A stretch of DNA of 64,000 nucleotides from Macrostomum lignano (lineage: Eukaryota), in assembly GCA_002269645.1 (NCBI GenBank), contig NIVC01002466.1, forward strand, positions 62,001-126,000, read 5' to 3'. Both the position numbers and the translations under genes were made by a program. Below are positions 1 to 12,484 of the stretch, one piece after another. Position 1 is the first letter of the stretch. Each line of letters starts with the position of its first letter. The notes beneath the pieces are model-generated. The model saw nothing but the letters and a program-made list of their open reading frames with translations. It did no database searches and was not told the DNA's origin.

Positions 1-287
1 ACTCCGGCATCACGGATCCCCGCCTGGTGGACGCCTGCAAGCGGCTGAGCCTGCGCTACCACCAGCACATGACGGACACTCTGTTCTACCACTTCCCCTT
101 CGACTACGAGGAGAAGCTGCAGCTCACCTGCCGCCTGTTCAAATGGTCGGAGACTTTCGATTCCACTCTGGACAAGTTCATCCTGTACTGCCCGCTGCAG
201 ACTAGCGAGGACAACAACTGCATGGCTCTGCGCGAGCTGCGAGCCCGAGATCGGCAGTCTGCTGCTGAGAACGGCACTTCCGGCTAG
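1..287 (+). CDS. Terminal coding exon of an unidentified protein (5' part outside the window)
   Basis: Frame open from base 3 to TAG at 285-287 (SGITDPRLVDACKRLSLRYHQHMTDTLFYHFPFDYEEKLQLTCRLFKW...). Strong GC3 codon bias, followed by AT-rich UTR-like sequence. Family not recognised. Confidence 0.7.
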   Translation, partial: SGITDPRLVDACKRLSLRYHQHMTDTLFYHFPFDYEEKLQLTCRLFKWSETFDSTLDKFILYCPLQTSEDNNCMALRELRARDRQSAAENGTSG

Positions 288-795
288 CAACCGAAGGCTG
301 CTGGCTGCTGCCTGGCCATGACCAGCTGAGCCCCTGTCAGGCTTACTATTATTACTATTATTGATGTCGATAGTTTATCCCATTTATCGTTTGCTCTGCC
401 CGCACCCCAGCGGATACGCACTACATGTGGAGCTGCTGTTGACATGCAAATGCGGCTAATGTGTTGTCATCAATAGGCAGTTTTGGCTTTTCTGCATCGA
501 GTGTAATTATTATTATTATTTTAATTAGTATTGTTAAGCTTGGTTGTTTTCATCTCTAGGTGGCATCTATAGTATCTCGGGCCTGTTATTAATTTTTTTG
601 CCTTGTCCTCAATGCTGTCTGAATTGACTGTCCCTTTTAATTCATTTGTTAATTCACTTTTTTAGATATCGTGTGTTTTGAGCAGTCTACGTGTAAAGTT
701 AGACGGCTAACTTATAGTATCTACTAAAGGTGTGTTGTGCTTGGCATCATTTTGTTTATTTTTGTTCATTGGTCGGACCATCTGTTTCTATGGCA

Positions 796-1135
796 CCGGG
801 GGTCGGGCAAACTTTTTACCTTGAGGGTCTGATAGAGAACGTAGAGTATGGCTGCGGGCCGGAGGAGGGGAGAGAGGAGAGGGAATGAAGAAGAGAGAAG
901 GAAGATAAGAGAGAGGAGAGGCGAGAGAAGAGACGAGAGAGGAGATGAGGATAGAGGAGAGGAGATGGGGAGAGAAGACGAGAGGAGAGAGAAAATGATC
1001 GAGAGAAGAGAAGAAAGGAGAGAGGAGATGGAATGAAGAAGAGAGAAGGAAGATAAGAGAGAGGAGAGGAGAGAAGAAAAGGGAGAAAGACAGTAGCCCG
1101 TATGTGGACCGCGGGCCGGAGTTTGCCAATCCATG
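796..1135. mobile_element. Degenerate hAT-like non-autonomous element (MITE) with an internal GA-rich tract
   Basis: Left end CCGGGGGTCGGGCAAACT and right end GCGGGCCGGAGTTTGCCAATCCATG share an inverted GGCAAACT core, resembling hAT MITE ends. No 8-bp TSD found. Confidence 0.45.
860..1090. repeat. Polypurine (GA-rich) low-complexity tract
   Basis: Almost exclusively G/A on the + strand, with an internal repeat GAATGAAGAAGAGAGAAGGAAGATAAGAGAG. Confidence 0.9.
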
Positions 1136-1505
1136 TTCTCTAACATTTGTTTCCTTTAAGTCCAATCATTTTAAGCTGCGTCATTGATCCATTATTTGTA
1201 AAAAATTTGTGTTTGAATATCGCCAAAACTGCAAAACTTTAACAAAAAATTCTTGCCATATAAACAAACAGAATAATTCGGCGCTATTGTTGCTATGCAC
1301 AAATGCCACTCTTAGGCTGCCTCGGTAAAACTCAAAGCATTGGCCGTCGATTTTTTTATTCCCATTAACAGATGCTGCCCACCCACTCTTTGTTAATCTG
1401 TGAGCTGCGACCCTAATGCACCGATTTCATGATGGACTGTCCTAACTTAGCAGCAGCTACGAACCGTTCATAAAACCAAGAAAGAGCAGCCTGCTAACCC
1501 CCACC

Positions 1506-1880
1506 CCTTTAGCCATAGACATCGGTTCGGTACGCTCTCTTAGTAGACTGATATTCCCCCCGCCTTTGGCCATAGACATCGGTTCGGTACACTCTCTCAG
1601 TAGACTGATATCCCCCCCGCCTTTGGCCATAGACATCGGTTCGGTACACTCTCTCAGTAGACTGATATTCCCCCCGCCTTTGGCCATAGACATCGGTTCG
1701 GTACACTCTCTTAGTAGACTGATATTCCCCCCGCCTTTGGCCATAGACATCGGTTCGGTACACTCTCTCAGTAGACTGATATCCCCCCCCCGCCTTTGGC
1801 CATAGACATCGGTTCGGTACACTCTCTCAGTAGACTGATATTCCCCCCGCCTTTGGCCATAGACATCGGTTCGGTACACT
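1506..1880. repeat. 57-bp minisatellite, ~6.5 copies
   Basis: CCATAGACATCGG recurs at 1513, 1570, 1627, 1684, 1741, 1800 and 1857. Confidence 0.95.
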
Positions 1881-2949
1881 AGGACGACACTTCGTTTCTT
1901 GGAGGATTTATTGAAGGCTGATTTTCACGGAAAAAACGCACTAGAGAGATAGGAACTTTTCACTTTTTTCACTTTAAAATGGTGATAGTTTTTTATTGGA
2001 AGCAGATGCAGAGCTCTTCTTTTGATATAACTTACAAAACATGTTGCTTCGACGGATTTAATAAAGATTTTTTCATGAATAATTGATCTTGATTAGCAAT
2101 ATATCATTAAAAAACAGTTGGCTATAATTATATGCCCAATTCACTGCTTATTCATTTTTTTACAAAATTCGTTGAAGCAACATGTTTTATAAGTTATATC
2201 AAAAGAAGAGCTTTGTATCTGCTTCCAATAAAAAGCTATCACCATTTTGAAGTGAAAAGAATGAAAAGTTCCTATCTCGCTAGTGCATTTGTCCGTGAAA
2301 ATCAGCCTTTAATAAATTGTCCAAGAAACGAAGTGTCCCGTCCTTCTTCTAGTGGTCCTTGCTTTCAGACCGCAGTCTAATAAAGCACTTTTTGGAAGCT
2401 ATAGCCTGTTTGCAGTCCTTCATGAGATCGGTCCCTGGGGTGCAGCTCGCTATTGTGGTCAGTCTGCTCACATGTCATGTGTTATAATCGTTGACATCGT
2501 TGACATCGTTGAATCTACTACTTGCCGAATATATATATACATACATAATGATTAATTATCAATATTATTTCATTTTTCTTACCGCAGTCCGAAACAGAAC
2601 AGATGTGCGCAAGATTTATGTAGTTATATCGCGTTTAACTGTGTCCTCAAATAATACCAGCTTCTTGTGCACTGTCTGCTCCAAGTCTTAAACTTGTCGA
2701 TTTTTTCCTCCGCTTATCTCAAAAAACTACTCTGCGCCCTATTAAATTTAGTACGAACCGCCTGCGCCAAGGTGTTTTAAAAGAACTAGGAATTTTATTC
2801 TATATTAATTAGACCCAACTTTCAAGAGCAAGATAGCAGCGCTTGACTATTCTCTCTGCAGTGTCATTAACCTGGAGATGCCTTTGTCTTGCTCATTTCC
2901 TATTAACTATTTCTTAGGGAGTGCGATGTTGATTGGAATCCCTTTTTTA

Positions 2950-3470
2950 GGAAGGTGAGATTTCCAGGTTTGATTTTCAATCTGATAGCTTTTCCAGGTG
3001 AGATTTCTAATCCGATAGCTTTTCCAGGTAAGATTTCCAATCCGATAGCTTTTCCAGGTGAGATTTCCAAGTAAATAGCTTTTCCAGGTGAGATTTCCAA
3101 TCTTATAGCTTTTCCAAGTGGGATTTCCTATCCAGTATCTTTTTCCGGTGAGATTTCAATTTGATAGCTTTTCCAGGTGAGATTTTAATTTGATAGCTTT
3201 TCCAGGTGAGATTTCCAATCTTATAGCTTTTCCAAGTGGGATTTCCTATCCAGTATCTTTTTCCGGTGAGATTTCAATTTGATAGCTTTTCCAGGTGAGA
3301 TTTTAATTTGATAGCTTTTCCAGGTGAGATTTCCAATCTTATAGCTTTTCCAAGTGAGATTTCCTATCCAGTATCTTTTTCCGGTGAGATTTCAATTTGA
3401 TAGCTTTTCCAGGTGAGATTTCCAATCCAGTTGCTTTTCCAGGTGGGATTTCCAATCTAATCGCTTTCCT
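2950..3470. repeat. ~30-bp degenerate minisatellite with a 118-bp higher-order unit
   Basis: TTTCCAGGTGAGATTTCCAAT... monomers. The variant CCAATCTTATAGC recurs at 3097, 3215 and 3333. Confidence 0.9.
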
Positions 3471-4139
3471 AGATGGAGCTAAACTCACTGATAGTCTATG
3501 TATGACTTTTCAATATCAGCCTCGCTGATTGAGATAAAGCCATTAGCTCTTCAGACCTCCAGTTGATTGATACCACTAAGCATCCTAATCCCTGTTAAAA
3601 CAGGCCAGCACAGGTTGAATAATCCTAATCCCTCAGATCTGCAGCAATCCGTGGACTTCATTTTAGACTTCTACTAGAGCTCGCAGTTGATAAATTTCAC
3701 TCTCTGAATAGATGTAGTGATGAAGCTGCCTCAGTCCTGCTGCTGGGCCCTGTATTTTATTCATGACCGCTCCATGCTCAGTCTGTCTAACCGAGGGGTT
3801 CCGGAGATTCTAAACCGTGGCTTCAATCCCGCGTCAATAAGTCAGCTGGAAATGGAAATGGAAAAAGCTTTTTCTAAAAAAGTCACTTCATAATTCATGC
3901 ATTGCAAAGAGCTAGAAAATCCCTAGTGGCTTGCAAAAAGTGATAATTTTTGCTTGCGATTTTAAAGCATGTATGTTGTTATTGTCGGAGTTGTTCATCA
4001 TTGTTTCTGTACAACAATGGAAAAAAACTAATTTCCTCTGACAATGCCTTTGTGTTTTGTCAATTTCCTGACTCTGATCACTGAACCACATAAATCACCT
4101 GGCTAGAAGTTGTTTTAGCCCAAAGCTATATGGTTGCAC

Positions 4140-4468
4140 CCCCAGATCTTCAACTGAGAGCTGCAGCCCTCCCAGATCCCCAGTTGCTGAGAGCTGCAGC
4201 CCTCCCAGATCCCCAGTTGCTAATAGCTGCAGCCCTCCCAGATCCCCAGTTGCTGAGAGCTGCAGCCCTCCCAGATCCCCAGTTGCTAATAGCTGCAGCC
4301 CTCCCAGATCCCCAGTTGCTAATAGCTGCAGCCCTCCCAGATCCCCAGTTGCTGAGAGCTGCAGCCCTCCCAGATCCCCAGTTGCTGAGAGCTGCAGCCC
4401 TCCCAGATCCCCAGTTGCTGAGAGCTGCAGCCCTCCCAGATCCCCAGTTGCTAATAGTTGCAGCCCTC
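4140..4468. repeat. 33-bp minisatellite, ~10 copies
   Basis: Unit AGCTGCAGCCCTCCCAGATCCCCAGTTGCTGAG. Confidence 0.95.
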
Positions 4469-4841
4469 AGGGGTTATCTCAGTTTCTGGGCCGCTTAGCC
4501 ACCCTCTGATGTTCGCGGTGTCGAAGTGCACCAAGAGTTGTGTGCAGCACATCAACTGAAATTCCTATCCAGTCTCCTTTTGCTGGCCTAGCGATTCCCA
4601 AGCGACCTTTTTGTCTATAATTTCTCCCATAAGCTTTCGCCCATAGGCACAAGTTCGGGTTCGGTTTTCGTGTACTTTTATAGCGAACGATGCCCAGACT
4701 GGCTTAGTGTGAAAATTGTTTAGGAAATCCCCTCGCCAACTTTGCAGCCGGTTGTTTACAGGCGGTGGCACCCGGCTGAATTGTCGTTTAGGGACTCCTG
4801 CTAGCTGCCCTTTGCTAATGCAAAAGTTTAGAGAAAAAACT

Positions 4842-6437
4842 ATGGTAGGGAAGCAAGCTCCGAGTACGTCTCGTCTGGGACATTTCTTGCAGGCGATGTG
4901 CAGGTAGTCAGCCAGTGCTCCACACATATTCTCCGCTTCTCTCCCTTCTGTAGGCTGCCCTCCACTTCTTTAGGGTGCCCTCCACTTCTGTAGGCTGCCC
5001 TCCACTTCTGTAGGCTGCCCTCCACTTCTGTAGGCTGCCCTCCACTTCTGTAGGCTGCCCTCCACTTCTGTAGGCTGCCCTCCACTTCTGTAGGCTGCCC
5101 TCCACTTCTGTAGGCTGCCCTCCACTTCTGTAGGCTGCCCTCCACTTCTGTAGGCTGCCCTCCACTTCTGTAGGCTGCCCTCCACTTCTGTAGGCTGCCC
5201 TCCACTTCTGTAGGCTGCCCTCCACTTCTGTAGGCTGCTCCCACTGCCCTTTTGATTTCTGTAGGCTCATCCCCAGTCGGCCGAACTCCAATGAACAATG
5301 ACTCATTCAAACTCTGTTCCAGCCTGCCGCGGAGGACATCAAGGACCCGAAGGCGCCAGCCGTTCGGCCCCCTCTAGACGTGGCCTTCATCGGGCCGCCC
5401 GGCTCTGGCAAAGGCACTCAGGCTCGCCGCTTCGCCGATAAATTCGGCGTGTGCCACGTGGACATGGGCTCGATGCTGCGGTCCGCGGCTGCCAGAAATG
5501 AGCAGGTCTGCGTACTGTCCGATGCGGACACTGGAACAGCGCTGAACCACCCTCTCCAGAAATTTTCGCCCTTCCTCCAAAAAAAATCGCTCTCTCCAAA
5601 AAGAATCGCTCTCTCCAAGAAGAATCGCCCTCTCTTCAAAAAAAGAATCTCTTCAAAGAATTGCCCTCTTTAAAAAAACGCCCCTATCTAGAAAGAATCG
5701 CCTCTTGTCTAGAAAGAATCTCCCGTGTCTAGAAAGAATCGCCTCTTGTCTAGAAAGAATCGCCCTTGTCGAGAGAGAATCGCCTCTTGTCTAGAAAGAA
5801 TCGCCCTTGTCGAGAGAGAATCGCCTCTTGTCTAGAAAGAATCGCCTCTTGTCTAGAAAGAATCGCCCTTGTCAAGGGAGAATCGCCCTTGTGTAGATAA
5901 TCGCCCCAACCGCAATTCCCCCCCCCTCGAAAGTTCAAGGCCAGCATCAACCAGGGCCGGCTCATTGCGGACGATCCGGTGTGCGAGCTGGTGGCGCAGC
6001 AGCTGGACCGGCCAGAGTGCGACCCGGGCATCCTGCTGGACGGCTTTCCGCGCACTTCCGGCCAGGCCGCCAAGTTGGACCAGATGCTGTCCGAGCGGCG
6101 GCGCAGCTTGTCCGCGGTTGTCCAATTCGACATTCCGGATGACGTTGCGACGGACAGGATCACCGGCCGGCTGCACCACCCCGGCTCCGGCAGGGTGTAC
6201 CATCACAGCTTCCAGCCACCGCGCGTGCCCGGACGCGACGATGCAACGGGCGAGTCGCTGACGAAGCGGCCGGACGACTTCCCGGACGTGATGCCAAGGC
6301 GGCTGGCCGCCTACCGCGACCTCATCGGCCCGGTGCTGCAGCGGTACAGCCAGGCCGGCCTGTTGAAGCGTGTCGATGCCAGCAAGCCGGCTGACTCGGT
6401 CTGGAGCACCTTGCAGAGCCTGTTCAAGTCTGGCTGA
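4842..6437 (+). CDS. AK2: Adenylate kinase 2-like (long LID type), copy 1. Model join(4842..4844,5323..5505,5934..6437), ~229 aa
   Basis: P-loop [20 protein letters not shown] motif GRLHHPGSGRVYH...DDATGESLTKRPDD. An ATG|GTAGGG donor plus the TTCCAG acceptor at 5322 give MPAAEDIKD.... The first micro-exon and the intron 2 boundaries are uncertain. Confidence 0.85.
4935..5265. repeat. 20-bp minisatellite in AK copy 1 intron 1
   Basis: Near-perfect TAGGCTGCCCTCCACTTCTG units. Confidence 0.95.
5560..5905. repeat. 21-bp minisatellite in AK copy 1 intron 2
   Basis: AAGAATCGCCTCTTGTCTAGA units, degenerate on the left and homogeneous on the right. Confidence 0.9.
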
Positions 6438-6614
6438 GAGCTGTCCATGCATTGCACTGTTACACCACCAGCTGACTGGGTCATTGTGCTTTAGTATGTG
6501 ATTATACTCACTGCGGGCTTTCTGGCATGCCCGCTCAAGGATTTTGGCGCCTCATTTTTAAAGATCTGGAGTGTCCACTGCAATATCGGCGTTTCCTGGC
6601 CACTTAGGGATCGA

Positions 6615-9250
6615 GGCTGTCCACTGAAGCATGGGGTGTCCACTGAGGCATCAGGGTGTCCACTGAAGCATCAGGGTGTCCACTGAGGCATCAAAGTGTC
6701 CAATGAGGCGTGGGGGTTGTCCACAGAAGTATCGAGGTGTCCACAGAAGTATCGGGGTGTCCACTAAAGCATCGGGTTGTCCACAGAAGTATCGGGGTGT
6801 CCACTGAAGCATCGGGTTGTCCACAGAAGTATCGGGGTGTCCACTGAAGCATCGGGTGTCCACTAAGGCATCAGGGTGTCCACTAAAGTATCGGGTGTCC
6901 ACTGAAGCATCAGGGTGTCCACTGAAGCATCGGGTTGTCCACAATTATCGGGTGTCCACTGAAGCATCGGGTTGTCCACAGAAGTATCGAGGTGTCCACT
7001 GAAGCATCGGGTGTCCACTAAGGCATCAGGGTGTCCACTAAAGCATCGGGTGTCCACTGAAGCATCAGGGTGTCCACTGAAGCATCGGGTGTCCACTGAA
7101 GCATCGGGTGTCTACTGAAGCATCGGGTTGTCCACAATTATCGGGTGTCCACTGAAGCATCGGGTTGTCCACAGAAGTATCGAGGTGTCCACTGAAGCAT
7201 CGGGTTGTCCACAGAAGTATCGGAAGTCCACTGAAACATCGGGTGTCCACTGAAGCATCGGGTGTCCACTGAAGCATCGGGTGTCCACTGAAGCATCGGG
7301 TGTCCACTGAAGCATCGGGTGTCCACTGAAGCATCGGGTTGTCCACAGAAGTATCGGGTGTCCATTGAAGCATCGGGTGTCCACTGAAGCATCGGGTGTC
7401 CACTGAAGCATCGGGTGTCCACTAAAGCATCGGGTGTCCACTGAAGCATCGGGTGTCCACTGAAGCATCGGGTTGTCCACAGAAGTATCGGGGTGTCCAC
7501 TGAAGCATCGGGTTGTCCACAATTATCGGGTGTCCACTGAAGCATCGGGTTGTCCACAGAAGTATCGAGGTGTCCACTGAAGCATCGGGTTGTCCACAGA
7601 AGTATCGGAAGTCCACTGAAACATCGGGTGTCCACTGAAGCATCGGGTGTCCACTGAAGCATCGGGTGTCCACTGAAGCATCGGGTGTCCACTGAAGCAT
7701 CGGGTGTCCACTGAAGCATCGGGTTGTCCACAGAAGTATCGGGTGTCCATTGAAGCATCGGGTGTCCACTGAAGCATCGGGTGTCCACTGAAGCATCGGG
7801 TGTCCACTAAAGCATCGGGTGTCCACTGAAGCATCGGGTGTCCACTGAAGCATCGGGTTGTCCACAGAAGTATCGGGGTGTCCACTGAAGCATCGGGTTG
7901 TCCACAGAAGTATCGGGGTGTCCACTGAAGCATCGGGTTGTCCACAGAAGTATCGGGTGTCCACTGAAGCATCGGGTGTCCACTAAGGCATCAGGGTGTC
8001 CACTAAAGCATTGGGTGTCCACTGAAGCATCAGGGTGTCCACTGAAGCATCGGGTGTCCACTGAAGCATCGGGTTGTCCACAGAAGTATCGGGGTGTCCA
8101 CTAAAGCATCGGGTTGTCCACAGAAGTATCGGGGTGTCCACTGAAGCATCGGGTTGTCCACAGAAGTATCGGGGTGTCCACTGAAGCATCGGGTGTCCAC
8201 TAAGGCATCAGGGTGTCCACTAAAGCATCGGGTGTCCACTGAAGCATCAGGGTGTCCACTGAAGCATCGGGTGTCCACTGAAGCATCGGGTGTCTACTGA
8301 AGCATCGGGTTGTCCACAATTATCGGGTGTCCACTGAAGCATCGGGTTGTCCACAGAAGTATCGAGGTGTCCACTGAAGCATCGGGTTGTCCACAGAAGT
8401 ATCGGAAGTCCACTGAAACATCGGGTGTCCACTGAAGCATCGGGTGTCCACTGAAGCATCGGGTGTCCACTGAAGCATCGGGTGTCCACTAAGGCATCAG
8501 GGTGTCCACTAAAGCATCGGGTGTCCACTGAAGCATCGGGTGTCCACTGAAGCATCGGGTTGTCCACAGAAGTATCGAGGTGTCCACTGAAGCATCGGGT
8601 GTCCACTGAAGCATCGGGTGTCCACAGAAGTATCGGGGTGTCCACTGAAGCATCGGGTTGTCCACAGAAGTATCGAGGTGTCCACTGAAGCATCGGGTTG
8701 TCCACAGAAGTATCGTGGTGTCCACTGAAGCATCGGGTGTCCACTAAGGCATCAGGGTGTCCACTAAAGCATCGGGTGTCCACTGAAGCATCGGGTGTCC
8801 ACTGAGGCATCGAAGTGTCCAATGAGGCATGGGGGTTGTCCACAGAAGTATCGAGGTGTCCACTGAAGCATCGGGTGTCCACTGAAGCATCGGGTTGTCC
8901 ACAGAAGTATCGGGGTGTCCACTGAAGCATCGGGTTGTCTACAGAAGTATCGGGGTGTCCACTGAAGCATCGGGTGTCCACTGAAGCATCGGGTGTCCAC
9001 TAAGGCATCAGGGTGTCCACTAAAGCATCGGGTGTCCACTGAAGCATCAGGGTGTCCACTGAAGCATCGGGTGTCTACTGAAGCATCGGGTGTCTACTGA
9101 AGCATCGGGTTGTCCACAATTATCGGGTGTCCACTGAAGCATCGGGTTGTCCACAGAAGTATCGAGGTGTCCACTGAAGCATCGGGTTGTCCACAGAAGT
9201 ATCGGGTGTCCATGTCCGCTGAAGCATTGGAGTGTCCGCTGAAGCATTGG
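6615..9250. repeat. 19/20-bp minisatellite, ~2.6 kb, with higher-order blocks
   Basis: GTCCACTGAAGCATCGGGT monomers plus variants (CACAGAAGTATCGG, CACAATTATCGG) recurring in fixed order. Confidence 0.97.
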
Positions 9251-9821
9251 AGTACTATAGAGTAATTGTTAGCTAGATTATATATGACAAATAGATAAAT
9301 TTAATGTCTTTTAGTTAATTATTAACTGCTCTGCTAGAAGTAAAACTTTGTAACTATTGTGTGCGCAGTGTGATTTTACCTGTTTATTTGGCCCACATTA
9401 CTGCAGCTCTGTCTGCTTCTAGCTGTTTAGCCACCCGTTAGATATGGTATTAGATATCCTTATCGGAATTTTTTTTTCAGTTTTCAAGCGCTGTCTGTAG
9501 TAAATTTCTATTTTCCCTTAGGCCATTGATTGATTATTATGTAGTAGCATATTTATTGTGTTCAGTGTCATTATTAAATATTTATTACCAATTTGTCTCT
9601 GCTTCACCTTCAAAAATACCTTGTACTTAGCCGATTGTGTGCCGTCTGTTCGATTAGTTTTATCCGCACTTGTATTTGTGTTAGCTATTTATAGTTATAA
9701 ACAAATAGATTTTAATGGTCATACTTTTCTGCTTGAGCCGATGGACTGATCTACCTGGTTTTAATCATTTTAATGTCACATTTTACTGCCCTTTCTAATT
9801 GTAATTAGAAGCGAAGGTCGC

Positions 9822-11015
9822 TACTGACACCCTGCAGTCCATGCTGACACCCTGCAGTCCATGCTGACCCCTGCAGTCCATGCTGACACCCTACAGTCCA
9901 TGCTGACACCCTGCAGTCCATGCTGACACCCTACAGTCCATGCTGACCCCTTCAGTCCATGCTGGCACCCTGCAGTCCATGCTGACCCCTTCAGTCCATG
10001 CTGACACCCTACAGTCCATGCTGACACCCTGCAGTCCATGCTGACACCCTGCAGTCCATGCTGACACCCTACAGTCCATGCTGACCCCTTCAGTCCATGC
10101 TGGCACCCTGCAGTCCATGCTGACCCCTTCAGTCCATGCTGACACCCTACAGTCCATGCTGACACCCTGCAGTCCATGCTGACACCCTGCAGTCCATGCT
10201 GACACCCTACAGTCCATGCTGACACCCTACAGTCCATGCTGGCACCCTGCAGTCCATGCTGACCCCTTCAGTCCATGCTGACACCCTACAGTCCATGCTG
10301 ACACCCTGCAGTCCATGCTGACACCCTGCAGTCCATGCTGACACCCTACAGTCCATGCTGACACCCTGCAGTCCATGCTGACACCCTACAGTCCATGCTG
10401 ACACCCTGCAGTCCATGCTGACACCCTACAGTCCATGCTGACCCCTTCAGTCCATGCTGGCACCCTGCAGTGCAGTCCATGCTGACTCCCTACAGTCCAT
10501 GCTGACACCCTGCAGTCCATGCTGACACCCTGCCGTTCATGCTGACACCCTACAGTCCATGCTGACACCCTGCCGTTCATGCTGACACCCTTCAGTCCAT
10601 GCTGACACCCTACAGTCCATGCTGACCCCTGCAGTCCATGCTGACACCCTACAGTCCATGCTGACCCCTTCAGTCCATGCTGGCACCCTGCAGTGCAGTC
10701 CATGCTGACTCCCTACAGTCCATGCTGGCACCCTGCAGTGCAGTCCATGCTGACTCCCTACAGTCCATGCTGACACCCTGCAGTCCATGCTGACACCCTG
10801 CCGTTCATGCTGACACCCTACAGTCCATGCTGACACCCTGCCGTTCATGCTGACACCCTACAGTCCATGCTGACACCCTGCAGTCCATGCTGACACCCTG
10901 CAGTCCATGCTGACACCCTGCAGTCCATGCTGGCACCCTGCAGTGCAGTCCATGCTGACTCCCTACAGTCCATGCTGACACCCTGCAGTCCATGCTGACA
11001 CCCTGCAGTCCATGC
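9822..11015. repeat. 20-bp minisatellite, ~1.2 kb
   Basis: CAGTCCATGCTGACACCCTG/A units. Confidence 0.97.
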
Positions 11016-11639
11016 CAGCCCTTTTGACCTTGTTGCGTCCCCAGCTAGCGCACACAATCAAGGCCTGCCCAAGCCGCTATTGAGCTGATTCACTTTAATT
11101 CAAAAAGCTGCGCAATCGGTTGCGAAAAAAACTGTCCCAGTTCAAGCGAGCCCTTATCGAGCCCGTCTCTCGTGACGCGGCTTGTTTTCAACAATTCAGC
11201 CTTTTTTAAAAAAAAACATTGTTTTTGCAAATCTCGGCCGCTGCCGTCTCTTCCTGGAAATCGGGTTCTCAATTTGTCAGCGCCGCGCCGGCACCTGTTT
11301 GCTCACTGGATTTAGATTAGCTAGATTTGTACTTTTCCTTCGGTGCGGCCGACTGAAGGGATTAGCGGATTGCTTGATGTCCTCCCCTGTCTGTCTAAGC
11401 TCGTCTGATCTAGACAGAGTAACTAGCGGCCACTGCCCCTGCTTTTGTGTGCAGCTGGTGCAGAAATGCAGTCTTTATGTAGTCTGCTTTGGGGCGTTCT
11501 TATCCAACTTTTATTCACCCAACTTTTATGTCTTTGGGGGGATTAAGTTGTGCGCTTTCTGCGCTCTGGCGTAACTTTTCAACTTTTGCTCCCTGCAGAC
11601 ATAGTTATTTAGTACTGGCTCGCTCATGGTCTCGGTATC

Positions 11640-12100
11640 TCATTCATGAACTCATGACCTCACTCATGACCTCTACCTCACTCACGAAGTCATAACCTCA
11701 CTCATAAAGCCATGACATCGCTCACGAAGTCATGACATCATTCATTAACTTATGACCTCACTCATGTACTCATGATCTCACTCATAAACTCATGATATAA
11801 CTCACAAAGCTATGACATCACTCACGAAGTCATACAACACTCATGAACTCATGACGTCACCCATGATCTCATTACACACCCATGGACCTCACTCATGATC
11901 TCATTACCTCACCCATTGACCTCAACCATGATCTCATTACCTCACCCACTGACCTCAACCATAATCTCGTTACTCACCCAAGGACCTCACTAATGATCGC
12001 ATTAACTCACCCATGACTCACTCGTGATCTCATTACCTCACCCATGACTCACTCGTGATCTCATTACCTCACCCATGACTCACTCATCATCTCACTAACT
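11640..12100. repeat. Degenerate ~11/22-bp tandem repeat
   Basis: CTCACTCATGA / CTCATTACCTCACCCATGA motifs. Confidence 0.8.
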
Positions 12101-12484
12101 CCCCCCTCAAGAGTGCTTTTTCAAAGCAAATCCGGCCGCCAATCTCAATCCCAAAAACGCAGGCGCGTAAACGGTCTGTTAAAAATATCCAGAGCGGGTG
12201 GTATTTGTGGCATCAACAGTGATTTATTTTTCGGTTGTCTGCAGGTGTTTGTTTCAACTGGCCGGGAGGGGGGCAACTCGCCTGGGGGAGTTTTCTGTCA
12301 CAACTAATCTCCCACCTTGATTTCCGCCTTTGTGTCCGGCACATATTGCAATTAGTATTTGCACCTGCTACTGCTTAGACCGGCGACCGCAGCTGCCCTG
12401 CATAAATTGGGGATGAGAGTTTAGTCCTTTTCAATCCTAATTCTCTTGATAGGACTTTAAATCAGCTTTATGAAGCAATGTCAG

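Noticed and set aside
4896-4903. ATG TGC AG|GT as the first exon of AK copy 1
   Set aside because: A phase-2 join to the acceptor at 5322 shifts the frame and hits TAG at 5375-77. The phase-0 ATG|GT at 4842-44 fits.
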